The translations under genes and the position numbers were made by a program. Positions 1 through 12,849 of a DNA stretch of 64,000 nucleotides are shown here, piece after piece. The notes beneath the pieces were generated by a model. That model saw only the letters and a list, made by a program, of their open reading frames with translations, had not been told where the DNA came from and made no database searches. Position 1 is the stretch's first letter. Every line of letters starts with the position of its first letter. The DNA comes from Octopus vulgaris (taxonomy: Eukaryota), in NCBI GenBank assembly GCA_951406725.2, contig OX597828.1, positions 31,062,001 through 31,126,000 on the forward strand, read 5' to 3'.

Positions 1-31
1 CACACACATACACACACACATACACACACAT

Positions 32-68
<37 letters not shown>

Positions 69-205
69 CAGAGTGAGTGTGAGACATAGAGCGGGAGAGA
101 GAAAAACATAGACAGGCAGGTAGACAGGCAGATAGATAGATAAATAGATAGATAGATAGATAGATAGATACATACATACATACATACGTACATACATACA
201 TACGT
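1..205. repeat. Compound microsatellite (CA)n/(TA)n/(GA)n/(TAGA)n/(TACA)n
   Basis: Directly visible tandem repeats. Confidence 0.95.
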
Positions 206-462
206 AGAAGTAATATGGAATCAATGGATATTTCGAAGTTCAGCAAATGAAAACGCAATATTTGCAGTGCCAGCTGAAATAATTCTTAATGAGATCTACG
301 CATTAATCAAGTTGACATAGGATCAATACATTCCAAATACGCGTGTGTTTGTATACACACACTCACACACATACTCACGGATACACACATACACTCGCAT
401 GCACATACACATATGTAGTTCCTGTGTATACTTAACTGTAGCAATAATTATTGTTAATTAGC

Positions 463-527
<65 letters not shown>

Positions 528-558
528 AAAAATAAGCAACAAGAAGGGATCCGGTAAT

Positions 559-643
559 TTAGTACAATTGTTTCATACTATAACAATTTATTAAAGCTGC
601 AAATATTTCAGCAGATATAATATGCCAAGTAATCTTCAGCTAA
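559..643 (-). ncRNA. Type I hammerhead ribozyme with extended stem II, in a ~180-bp element (526-703) between two (TA)n tracts
   Basis: Minus strand reads ttag-CTGAAGA-t-tact..(long imperfect hairpin incl. ctgc/gcag)..agta-t-GAAA-caattg-TA-ctaa. Stem I ttag/ctaa, palindromic stem III, GUA cleavage triplet. Confidence 0.75.
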
Positions 644-724
644 TTTCATATAGGTTTTCCAATAATGTAAAGTTCTCAAATCAATTAGTAACATCTTAGA
701 GAGTATATATATATATACATCTAT

Positions 725-760
<36 letters not shown>

Positions 761-897
761 TCACTAGGGTTACAGTATGATAAAATTCATTAGGAACTAT
801 CCGATTAAGCTTACAACATACTTGTGTTGTTCATAATAACGTGTGATTACAACTGCATGCATCTCTCTCTATGTCTCTGTCTCTCTCTCCCTCTCTC

Positions 898-944
<47 letters not shown>

Positions 945-1367
945 CTAAAGTTAAGAACATCTGGAAGAAAATGATACATTATTTTGAGAAATTAAACAAC
1001 ATTTAAATCTAATGTAGTTAAAAAAAATGGAATCAACTTTCATTTCAGCATGATATTTTTTTCTAATTTTGGTTCTTTCTGACTTTCTGACGAATTCATA
1101 TTATTGTTATTATGCATGCAATAAATATATATTAATGCTAAATGTTTATTTGAGGATGCAAGTATTAGTTTTCCGGCGAAAATTATGTAATGCATCGTTT
1201 CGTACATTCAAAAGGAATGTATGCATATATTATACGAAAGGTATTGCAAAGTGTTATTCAGTGATATGTTCAACTACATCTACTGAACTGCTGCATCAGC
1301 TGTCGCAGCAGAGCTGTAAAAGTTATAAGAGGTTACCTAAGTAATCATAAAGTGTATTAGTATTATA

Positions 1368-2300
1368 CAGTGTCACCGGGGATTGCATCTTCGTGAAGGG
1401 GTTTTCTAGAATTGGCTGCTAGGGATTAATTGCGGTTAGTACCAAATATAAGATACTGACAAATATTGGTTTGAAATTTTGCTATATGGCCAGCAAATAC
1501 ATCTGCTTGGTTTTGGGCCCAAGCTCATCTTTAGTGATGCAAGCAGAACGTATGGTGTCCTTCTTGATCGCATCCCACATACAATAATCTATGAAGTTAC
1601 AATCGGTAAGATTAGGAAACCAGAAATTTTGGCCGGCGTAGTAAAACATTTTCTGACACCGAATTTTGAATCTTTCTGGAACTATGGCGGAGAGTTGTAT
1701 GCTTCTGCCATTTATATTACCTTCCAGTAGTATCACTGTTAAGCCACGGTTTCGCCACAGTCTCCTGAAGATCTAAATAGCCATCTAAACTGCTTCTTAC
1801 ACCCTGTTCAAAGATGCTGTGTGGCATGACCATTACATCGTGTTAAAACTTTGGTTTCGTGATATATGTCAGATCGCGTAGATTTTAAGCACGCCACCTG
1901 TTGTCTTGGATGTTGTGCAACTAATCCTGGCAGAATTTCCTTTCATTTGAGAAGGAACAAATCCCTCCCCAGCTAAGCACGGTGCCTCAGCTTCTTCATG
2001 AGCCTCTTTGTCTTCGTCCAGCGGAACTCCTTCTCATTGGGTTTAGAATATGTCCTTTGTACCATTTATACGAGTGGTATCGAAGGTCAGTAATCAAGGA
2101 CAGCTTCATAATTGCAACTCCACAACTAATTCCTCTAATGGAAATCCGGATTCCCTTGCTCGAATCTTCCATCACCTGGTCCTGCAGTCTTTGTCAGTGA
2201 ACAGGCTTCGGGCAGCGGAAATTTCCCCACCATTTTACAAATAAATTTGTTAGTGAATTTGATGGTCTGTGCTTTTGTAAATGGATTCCTCGTTGAAATG
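1368..2300 (-). mobile_element. Decayed Tc1/mariner-superfamily (maT/DD37D-like) transposase
   Basis: Minus-strand frames give FFSNERKFCQD*LHNIQDNRW (first catalytic D region), IFEQG..Y....VAKPWL and NFWFPNLTDCNFIDYCMWDAI (WPPNSPDxNPLDYxxW motif). Stops and frameshifts present; boundaries approximate. Confidence 0.75.
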
Positions 2301-2444
2301 CCTTTAGGTTAAAGCACAAAACCTCGCCTGGTCAAGCAACAAAATAATGAAGGAAACAGAATTAGTAAATATTTCGACGCGGAATAAATGATAATCATAA
2401 AATCTGTGGGACTGAAAGATATATGCAAATTTAATATTCGTTAT

Positions 2445-2772
2445 TTTATCCTTTTAATTGTTTCAGTTATTTTGACTGATGCCATGCTTTAGTACCGCCT
2501 TTTAGTCGAAGAAATCGACCTCCTTGTAAGCTTGGTACTTATTCAATCGTCCTCTTTGCCGAACCGCTAAGAACCGGGACGTAAATACAGCAGCATCGGC
2601 TGTCACCGGATGGTGGGGGGGCGACACACACAAACACACAAATATATATATATACACAACTGGCCTTGGTCGGCCCAAGGGGAAGACACTTGCCCAGGTT
2701 GCCATGGAGTGGGACTGAACCCCACACCGTGTGGGTGAGAAAGAATCTTCTTACCACACACCCACACCTGCT
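2445..2772 (-). mobile_element. tRNA-derived SINE family A (internally deleted)
   Basis: Matches the copies at 6315 and 8897: head, gggcaagtgtctt core and ggcggt..gcatgg..ctgaaac tail. Confidence 0.85.
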
Positions 2773-3574
2773 TCAATCCACGCACCCATGACTATATGTT
2801 TTCGTATATAATTACAGCAGTCTCGCAAGCTTATCCAAGTAGATTTATTAATTTCAACAACTACGACGTTCCGGTATATTTGATCAGATCAGTTAGTTTT
2901 CTCTATAATATAATTCTGTGTAGCTATATTATTTATTGTGATAGTCTCACTATGCATCTTGATATTCTATATATATATATATATATATATAATTTGTAAT
3001 GTTTCAATTATTAATGATACATAAAGATAAGAATACGGCTGTAATGATATGAAATTCATGGAAATAATGAAACCGTATTTATTTCTCATACCTTTTGACT
3101 TAATGATATACTCACTAATATAAGTGCGCGTGTGCTGGTGTGTGTGTGCGTGAGTGTGTGTGTTTGTGTATGTCTGCACATGCATACAAATATATATATA
3201 TATATACGATAAGAACATGGAGGAAAGATAATAAGTGTGTCTACTGCGCTCGATTTATACTTTACACTTATATACGCCTTCACTTATGAATACGAATCGC
3301 CTACATCCTATAACTTACTGACACACAGGTTATCCCTTTAGACTTAACTCCCTTACATTGCACCGCCGGTCATCCACCAGAAGCCACAGACACGTGGAAG
3401 CCATACTATGAAATGACCATGAGATCACAAATTCAACTAACTTCTTTTCTTCTTCGACCTCACATCTGACTTAACGAACGAACACTGAACTTAACTATAA
3501 TGTAACACTTTCGAACCCTTGAACATTTCCTTTCCGATGTACCTCTCTTGCACCTCTTTCTGTCTCTCTTTCTT

Positions 3575-3627
<53 letters not shown>

Positions 3628-3664
3628 GTATGTGTATATATATGTGTGGGGGGGGAGTAAATGA

Positions 3665-3697
<33 letters not shown>

Positions 3698-3700
<3 letters not shown>

Positions 3701-3976
3701 TTAGAGCAGTGGACTCGCGGTCGAAGGATCGCGGTTTCGATTCCAAGACCGGGCGTTGTGAGTGTTTATTGAGCGAAAACACCTTAAAGCTCCACGACGC
3801 TCCGGCAGGGGGTGGTGATCCCTGCTGTACTCTCTCACGACTCTTTCTTTTACTCTTTCTTCTGTTAGCCTAATCGCTTAGCCAGCGGGGTGGCGTCATT
3901 GGAAGGCTAAAACAATGCGAAGTGCATTGTGACCAGCGATGTGTAACAACATGTGATGGTCGGTCACGTGGTCACA

Positions 3977-3980
<4 letters not shown>
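3698..3980 (+). mobile_element. tRNA-derived SINE family B
   Basis: tRNA-like head with B box (ggtttcgattcc). Shares about 150 bp with 8340-8510; flanked by (TA)n. Confidence 0.75.
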
Positions 3981-4020
<40 letters not shown>

Positions 4021-4399
4021 TCACGTGATATATGTATATACACAGCAAAAATGTTGCGAGCAGGTTTTGCGTCCTTAGAACCTTGAATAAAAGGAAAAAG
4101 TGGTGGTGTCGAAGCTCGTTTTTTTCTTAATTTGACATTCCATTTTAATTATCTGAAAATAAGCAAAAATTAACTAAAATTAAGTCGAAAAAAAAAAAGA
4201 TTCTAAAATGATACAAAAATATAATTCTCGAAAAATAATAGATTCCAAAATTTAAAAACGCAATGAATTCCACAACAACAAAAAAAAACGCCGGAATTTA
4301 GTTGCCAACCCAATATATATATCGCTTTATCGACCAAAACATACAACACCGTTCACACTGTTCGAATGATGCCTGCCCGCAAGCTTCACTGGGAAGTCG

Positions 4400-4545
4400 A
4401 TGAAACTGGTACTGAGTCGATGGAACTGGTACTGAGTGAACTGTAACAAAGCAAAATGAATTGTTTTGTTGATGAAGCTGGTCGAGGAATCGAAACCACG
4501 CTGTAGTCGTGAGTGTAATTCACTGTCTACTAGGCTACACATCTT
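4400..4545 (-). mobile_element. Old SINE remnant with 20-bp internal tandem duplication
   Basis: Minus strand shows A-box-like tagcctagtag and B-box-like ggtttcgattcc. The unit gtcgatg(a/g)aactggtactga occurs twice. Confidence 0.4.
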
Positions 4546-5948
4546 ACCACAAGCACGCATACGCTTACTTACACATACATACATACCCACGCGTGTGCAC
4601 ACACAGACAAACAGACACGCACATAACGCATACATTATGTGCATAAGCTTGTGTTTGTTTCCATATCTTTATGTGGATGTGTGGATGTATTCAGAATTCT
4701 CATTTACATATTTCGAAATTTGCCAATTACCACTGATTAACCTATTCTGCAGAGAAAGAGGAGTTACACAAAGTACAGTGTTGTTGGCTCGAACTAATGC
4801 TATCGTGGTTGTGAAGTGATGGTCACGACTGCTAGAATCATTGTAAAGAATAACGTGATTGGACTTCACTTGACTTACTATGTTACTTTTACGAGTAGTT
4901 CCATTTCTATTTATTTCTTTAAGTGTCTGCGTATTCTATGATGTAGTAAATCATTTTCGTCTCCAAAACCATATTGAAATAAGCTGAACTCTAAATCGCT
5001 TATTTATCCAAGAAACTTTTAAAAGTGTTCGGAAACATAAAGTGTTAGAAAGCATAAACAACATAAAAATTGCAACTGTGTTCACGAAAATATACATAAC
5101 TCAATTACATTAAAAAATTTTGCTTTTCTCCTCTGAAATAATACTCGACTGAAAGAAACGTTGAATGTTTTTGTTTCATTTTACATTTTCCCGAGTCTAT
5201 TTCTGAAATCTGCTTTCGAATTTATCTAGGTTTCCTAGCAACAGAAGTATCAGCGATTAGGTAATGCAATGCTTTCAAATATAAGCCAATGCTGATTAGT
5301 TAACATTGTGTGAGATATTTCTGACATGATAAGTAGCAGTTTCACTTTGATATGAAATAATAAATTATAAATATGTTAGAGCGATATTTGCTACAAAGGT
5401 AATGAAGTAATGAGACAAAGAGCTGCAAACGTATGAGTATTGATCTGTATGTTTTATAGTCTTCTAGTCTGAATCCTAATCTGCCTCCATCACACTTTCT
5501 TGTGATCAGGTATATTTCCATACATTTTGGATGAAAGAAAAGAAAAAAAAGTAAACGTATACATTTAATAAGCTTTAGCTAGGTATACCCATAGCACTTA
5601 CAATTATTTGGGTTTACCATTATCATTTATTTTCGTATAGCAAATGGGTAAATTAGAGTTTCTAAATTCACACTGAATACGTGTGCAATATTTTTTTATT
5701 ATTTATATGCGCCTGCACAAAAACGGATAATAAATATTACGAAGCATAACTTTGTAAACAATAATTTGAGATCCCAATATAACACCAAACACAGGAATGA
5801 AATAAACACGACATATCAATTGCGAGTAGGCAATATACGAATGAATAATAAATCATTGGTTAAATACGTAATAATATAATACACGTTAAATTTATATACA
5901 AAACACACACGTGCATATACTTGTATGCATCCACACACACACACACAT

Positions 5949-6024
<76 letters not shown>

Positions 6025-6314
6025 TAATTGAAGACACAGGGAGATAGATTTATATATAGCTAATAGTGAGGAATTATCACATTGGGATAATATACCTTAC
6101 GCTTTCTGCTGGCACACCACGCTAACAATATTATATAGATTACTGAAGAACTCAAGGTATACTTATGGCGGTGTCCATGGTTACGGGTTATCACAATTAT
6201 AAATAGACACTCTGGTTTCTACACAGTGTGATATACATTTATACTTTCATGGATTAAATTTGGATTACAGGTGTTTCAAATAATCATTATAGATACATTA
6301 CTGGCAGATTTATA

Positions 6315-6479
6315 GGCGCAGGAGTGGCTGTGTGGTAAGTAGCTTGTTTACCAACAACATGGTTCCGGATTCAGTCCCAGTGCGTGGCACCTTGCGCAAG
6401 TGTCTTCTACTATAGCCTCGGGCAAACCAAAGCCTTGTTAGTGGATTTGGTAGACGGAAACTGACAGAAGCCCGTCGTA

Positions 6480-6541
<62 letters not shown>

Positions 6542-6783
6542 TATACATATATGCGTGTGTGCGTTTGTGTGTCTGTGTTTGTCCCCCTAGCATTGCTTGA
6601 CAACCGAAGGTGGTGTGTTTATGACCCCGTTACTTAGCGGTTCAGCAAAAGAGACCGATAGAATAAGTACTGGGCTTACAAAAGAATAAGTCCCAGGGTC
6701 GAGTTGCTCGATTAAAGGCGGTGCTCCAGCATGGTCGCACTCAAATGACTGGAACAAGTGAAAGAGTAAAAGAGTAAAAGAGA
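6315..6783 (+). mobile_element. tRNA-derived SINE family A, full length
   Basis: A box tggctgtgtgg, B box-like gattcagtccc, internal (TA)n/(TG)n, and (gtaaaaga)n tail. Many dispersed copies in the window. Confidence 0.92.
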
Positions 6784-6905
6784 TTTACTCAATTGATCAA
6801 TAGACAAATTGAGTAAACTTATCAATAATGTACCTATAACGACGAATGGAAACAGCTGTAAGACAAATTTGCGTCACTAAATGAGAAATATATGACCACT
6901 ATTTT

Positions 6906-6948
<43 letters not shown>

Positions 6949-7066
6949 GTTACCGTACACAGGGCCAGCTTGTTATACACATGAACACACACAAACACAC
7001 ATATATGTATAGCTGCATACATGCTCGAAGCTTGGTAACTTCCAAAATCTGGATTCCTGGAGTATC

Positions 7067-7113
<47 letters not shown>

Positions 7114-7357
7114 AGTATATCGTAGATAATCCAGGGTAGCCAAAAACTTTAGAAAAGTTCTTTACTACCATTGGTCTAGCGAGGAGAAAAAGCTAGTCAA
7201 TAGACTATATATTATTCATATATAAATGCAGTGCACATTTAAACATAAGAGATGGCCATAACAGGACATCTGACTCGATAGAAAGAGTTGTTAAACTACA
7301 AACCACTAATAGTTGTAATTCTGAAAGGGAATGAAAAAAAAACATTTACCTTATTTC

Positions 7358-7434
7358 CCCTGGACTATGCACAATTTGAAGTAATCTTTTGTAAATAAAG
7401 TAATTTACAATCGGCGAATCTCTCTTCAGCAGGG
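7358..7434 (-). ncRNA. Degenerate type I hammerhead ribozyme (G12 mutated)
   Basis: Minus strand reads ccctg-CTGAAGA-long stem II (ttgtaaat/atttacaa)-CAAA-ttgtgcatag-TC-caggg. Confidence 0.5.
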
Positions 7435-7646
7435 AGACAAAGCTAATATATTTATATGTTATCCTTGATTAATGATTAATTTATACGCTAAAAGTGAACA
7501 CAATATCTGGTTCTATGAAATCTCGAAGTCATTCTTGAAATTTACCAGGTGATGGAACGTACGAGTATGATTTCCATAACAACATGGCTGCCAAGTGGGC
7601 GGCTACCAAATTGAAAAGAAATCAGAACCCACACACACACACACAC

Positions 7647-7692
<46 letters not shown>

Positions 7693-8147
7693 TCAGTCAC
7701 ATGTACGCTCTCACGCATCTGCATATCTGTTCAGGCGCACATATACTCACATATATATGTCGTACATTTGTATCTCAGATGGAGACATTTTAGTTTTATA
7801 TATAGAATTCATATTCAATTATAAAAGCTTTCCCCTCTTACCAACATTTTATTTTATTGTCAAAATTATACTTCCACATCATTTTGAACCATAATCATTC
7901 ATTTTAATGCAGCTACTGTTGGTCTTAAATCATTGAAATAGGAATATAATTGGCATATAGTTTTTCATATCTTATTAGTGCACTTTTACAAAATTCATAT
8001 TGAATTTAAAACCGTCGTCTGAATCATCAGTCCAGTCACATTACAGTAAATTAATATTACATAAAAATATCCAATGATATTAGTTTAGTATTTGGATCAA
8101 TTAAATATTCAGTTACAGTATTTGAATGGAAATATTTTGTTAAGATG

Positions 8148-8172
8148 CTATCTCTCTCTCCATCTATCTATC

Positions 8173-8255
<83 letters not shown>
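8148..8255. repeat. (TCTA)n microsatellite
   Basis: Directly visible. Confidence 0.95.
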
Positions 8256-8339
8256 ACTCTGTCTAACTGTCTAAAAGTTATTTTTGATTCACAGGACATA
8301 TATGTGTGTGTGTGTTTATGTCCGTGTGTGTGTGTGTGT

Positions 8340-8680
8340 AAGGTGCAATGCCTCAGCGGTTAGGGCAGCGGACTCGCGGTCGTACGACCGCGGTTTCGAT
8401 CCCTAGACTGGGCGTTGTGAGTGTTTATTGAGCGAAAACACCTAAAGTCCCACGTGGCTCCGGCAGGGGATGGTGAGCCCTGCTGTACTCATTCACTACA
8501 ACTATCTCTCACTCATTCTTCCTGCATCTGGTGTACCTGTATTTCAAAGGGCTGGCTTTGTAACGCTGAATCTCCCCGGGAACTACGTTAAGGATGCACG
8601 TGCCACTGGAGTCCTCAGGCACTTGCACGTTAATTTCATGAGCAGGCTGTTCCGTTGATCAGACCAATTGGAGACGGAAT
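8340..8680 (+). mobile_element. tRNA-derived SINE family B
   Basis: A-box-like tgcctcagcggtt and B box ggtttcgatccc; homologous to the 3698 copy. Confidence 0.75.
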
Positions 8681-8896
8681 GCTAAAGAAATATAAATTTT
8701 TGTTTAGAAACGTGTATTCCTGCAGTATTCAAGAATTCGTCTTCTTGGTGTCCGGTGAGCAAACTGGATATAAGTTATGTTGCTTGATACAAAGTTACTA
8801 TGAATCTCTGCCCGCTAAATATGTTGGTTTTGCAGTAGCTGGTTTAAGTTGGAATAGTTACTAATGGCAGTATGATAATAAATAAGTTAAGCAATA

Positions 8897-9310
8897 GGCG
8901 CAGGAGTAGGTGCGTGGTAAGTAGCTTGCTTACCAACCACATGGTTCCGGGTTCAGTCCCACTGCGTGGTACCTTGGGCAAGTGTCTTCTACTATAGCCT
9001 CGGGCTGACCAAAGCCTTGTGAGTGGATTTCGTAGACGGAAACTGAAAAAAGTCCGTCGTATATATGTATATATATGTATATGTGTGCGTGTATGTGTGT
9101 GTGTCTGTGTTTGTCCCCCTAGCATTGCTTGACAACCGATGCTGGTGTGTGTTTATGTCCCCGTCACTTAGCGGTTCGGCAAAAGAGACCGATAGAATAA
9201 GTACTGGGCTTAAAAAGAATAAGTCCCGGGGTAGAGTTGCTCGACAAAAGGCGGTGCTCCAGCATGGCGGCAGTCAACTGACTGAAACAAGTAAAAGTGT
9301 AAAAGAATAA
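8897..9310 (+). mobile_element. SINE family A, full length
   Basis: High similarity to the 6315 copy. Confidence 0.92.
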
Positions 9311-9566
9311 AATCGATGATTTTGTTGGAATTGCTGTTGCTCTTTTTGGTGGTGTTGGTAGCTTAGTACTCCTGTAGCGCTTACTATTGCTACTATTGCT
9401 GCTATAAATATGTGGCAATGACGGTGATAGTGGTAGGATGTCCGTATTAAACTCATCTTCATAAGGCTGCCACTAGTATATATAGTAATCTCCAGAGTAT
9501 CGCGGCTGTTACGTTCCAAAACCATACACGACAGGTAAAAATCCGCAAAATAGAAATGGTACGATA

Positions 9567-9784
9567 CTCGTTTATTTGTTTCAGTCATTTCACTGCGGCC
9601 GTACTGAAGCACCGCCTTTAGTTATGCAAATCAACCCTAGGACATATTCTTTGTAAGCCTAGTACTTATTTTATCGGTCTCTTTTACCGAACCGCTAAGT
9701 TACGGGGACTTAAACACACCAGCATCGGGTACAAACACAGACTCTCAAAAATATATGCACACACATACATATATATACATATAT

Positions 9785-9832
<48 letters not shown>

Positions 9833-9991
9833 GACGGGCTTCTTTCAGTTTCTGTCTACCAAATCCACTCACAAGCCTTTGGTCGGCCCGAGATTATAGA
9901 AGACACTTGCCCGAGGTGAAACCCGGTGGGACTGAACCCAGAACCATGTGGTTGGTAAGCAAGCCACTTACCACACAGCCACTCCTGCGCC
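9567..9991 (-). mobile_element. SINE family A, near full length
   Basis: Reverse complement of family A. Confidence 0.92.
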
Positions 9992-10371
9992 TATATATAT
10001 ATTTTGTAAAAATTACTTTTTATAATTTGTATATATTTATTTTATTATAAACACAAAAACAATACCACGGATGAATCGTAGTAAGCCTAAACAATAAACC
10101 GCGATACGGCGAGGGTTTATTGTATGTGTGTGCGCGTGCGTCTCTGCGTGTGTGCATGTCTGTGCATACGTGTGTGTCGTGTGTGTGTGTCCAGGTTTGA
10201 AATGTTTTTGAAAACTGCATATTTTCAAGATAATAATTATTACTAATAATTATAACTTAACGAACGACGTGTTTATTATTTCCAAATAATAATATGCAGT
10301 CTTCGAAACATATGTCGAGAATAAAGGAATTTTGTTAAATCGTCGTTCAACTCCATTCTTTCATTTATTTG

Positions 10372-10406
<35 letters not shown>

Positions 10407-10878
10407 GTGTGTGTGCTTGTGTGCGCGTACATATATCAATTTAATTAGAGGCTGTGATAACCTCTTGAATGGATGGTTGCATCAAAGAAAATGCTCGTTG
10501 AATAACTAATATATTTGTGGAATGTTATTCCCTTAAAGCAATAAGTACATATTAAGCATATAGTTTATATCACTTTTAAAATAATAAAAGAAAATGGAGA
10601 TAAGGAAGTTAACAATTGTCTTTTATTAGCAAAGTGGTCATTTTCGCTTCTAAGAGCCGTTTCACTTAATACTCAATAATTTAATTACAAATTTGTGCAT
10701 TAAGTTTAGATTTATTTCATATGTGTATAATACCATCAGAGAAAGTTGTACCTTGGGATGTTATATGTGGACCTATCATTACATTCCACTCTACTGAAAA
10801 ACCTTTTGAATGCGCTCATACGCAAACATACACACTCATGACTCATGCGTGTATACACACACACACACACACACACAT

Positions 10879-10939
<61 letters not shown>

Positions 10940-11779
10940 CGCATGCATACTTATACATGCATATATTTATACTCGCGCACACACATACATATATATGAGT
11001 GTGCGTGAAAACAATGATTTGTATATGGGTTTGTGTACATACATGCATACATTTACACACTCACACACATTAGGAACAATTTTATATTCGTCATATCAAC
11101 ATAGGATTCACGTGAACATTTCCCATCAAAATTATAAGATCGTTGTTTTGAATAACTGTGTATAGATGAAGAAACTCTATTAAAAAATCACTGACTAAAA
11201 GTACTAACAATGTGTAAAGTATAAAATGCTACTTCTTAGTACATTTTACTACCAATTTTCTGGTGACTTGATTCTCATAGTTTCCCGTAAAGGCAGTCGT
11301 ACAAAGGAATCTGTGTAAAATAAACGGCACCCATTATAACGCAGTATAATCAACCACTCATAAAATGGCTTTCCATCAGCTTGTTTAATGAATCTCATTG
11401 CTATATAAATATTCGTATCGGGATCTAAACTCCCACACTTGAAATTTTCTTTTCAAATCAATGAAATAATATCATATATTATAAGCTTAGCAATAATATG
11501 TACGGTTGAATCGCATTCATTTATTACCGAAGCCATTCAAATACTTATCGCGTTATATGCTTTCTATGAAACAATGCAGTATGCTATAGAAAATAGATTT
11601 CAAAGGAATGCTGGATATTTGGATATAATATCGCCTTATGTATTTGAAAGTTTAATAAAACATTTAAGCATATTCACTAGAAACATGTATATCAACGCAT
11701 AAGTGTATGTGTGTGAATGTGTTTATGTGTTTCGTGTGCGTTTGTGTATATGTACACAGATACATACACACACACACAG

Positions 11780-11829
<50 letters not shown>

Positions 11830-11992
11830 TTAGATGAGATACAACGTGAATATTCTTCGCAAATCGTTTCAAAATGTTCAATGGTATTTTTTAAATATCA
11901 TATTGGAATTAATGATTGAAATCAAATAAAACCTGAAAAGGATTCATAAACGCATGTGTGTGTGAGTGTATGTATGTGTGCGTGTGTGTGCG

Positions 11993-12035
<43 letters not shown>

Positions 12036-12373
12036 GCGTATATAATGATAGACATATGTAGATGATAGATATACACGCTATACACATGGATATATTTCAT
12101 TAAAAGGGATACATCAAATGCATAAAACTGCCTGTATTACGTAACATACGACATGAAAACTTTGCGTAGTATGACGTTACAACAGAGTGGTACAAACACA
12201 GTTGTAATTGGTCATTAATTACATGCCAGACTATTTATTTGTCTACTTACTATGTGTAATATACACACACATATATATATAATATTAATTAGAGACAAAA
12301 CCACTATTTTACAAAATAAACAAGGAAAGACTTAAATCAATACATAAAATTTTAATAAAAAGTAAAAAAACCG

Positions 12374-12414
12374 CCACTACAATTGTTTCATGTCTAATGA
12401 CAATCTTCAGGTGG
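12374..12414 (-). ncRNA. Minimal type I hammerhead ribozyme (left arm)
   Basis: Reverse complement of 12468-12508. Confidence 0.85.
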
Positions 12415-12467
12415 ATTTCCGATTTTCAAATCATTTTCAAATTGAAACTGATTTGAAAATCGGAAAT

Positions 12468-12508
12468 CCACCTGAAGATTGTCATTAGACATGAAACAAT
12501 TGTAGTGG
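12468..12508 (+). ncRNA. Minimal type I hammerhead ribozyme (right arm)
   Basis: ccac-CTGAAGA-t-tgtc-atta-gaca-t-GAAA-caattg-TA-gtgg. Predicted cleavage 3' of 12504. Confidence 0.85.
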
Positions 12509-12683
12509 CGGTTTTTTTACTTTTTATTAAAATTTTATGTATTGATTAAGTCTTTCCTTGTTTGTTTTGCAAAATAGTGGTTTTGTCTCTAATTAATATT
12601 ATATAATATTTTACTATAAACATGGATTTAATCCTGAATCTGATTTTTTCCCTGTAAATTTGGATTTATTCCCTAATATTTAT

Positions 12684-12735
<52 letters not shown>

Positions 12736-12774
12736 TTATGTGTGTGTATGTGTATGTATATGTATATATATATG

Positions 12775-12849
<75 letters not shown>

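Larger units (their letters stand above)
12276..12605. repeat. Near-perfect ~330-bp palindrome (arms ~12276-12433 and ~12449-12605), Penelope pLTR-like
   Basis: The arms are reverse complements with only a few mismatches. The centre tttcaaattgaaa is also self-complementary. Confidence 0.93.

Noticed and set aside
6315-6390. tRNA gene-like A/B boxes in SINE heads
   Set aside because: They form no cloverleaf and continue into SINE bodies, so they are not tRNA genes.
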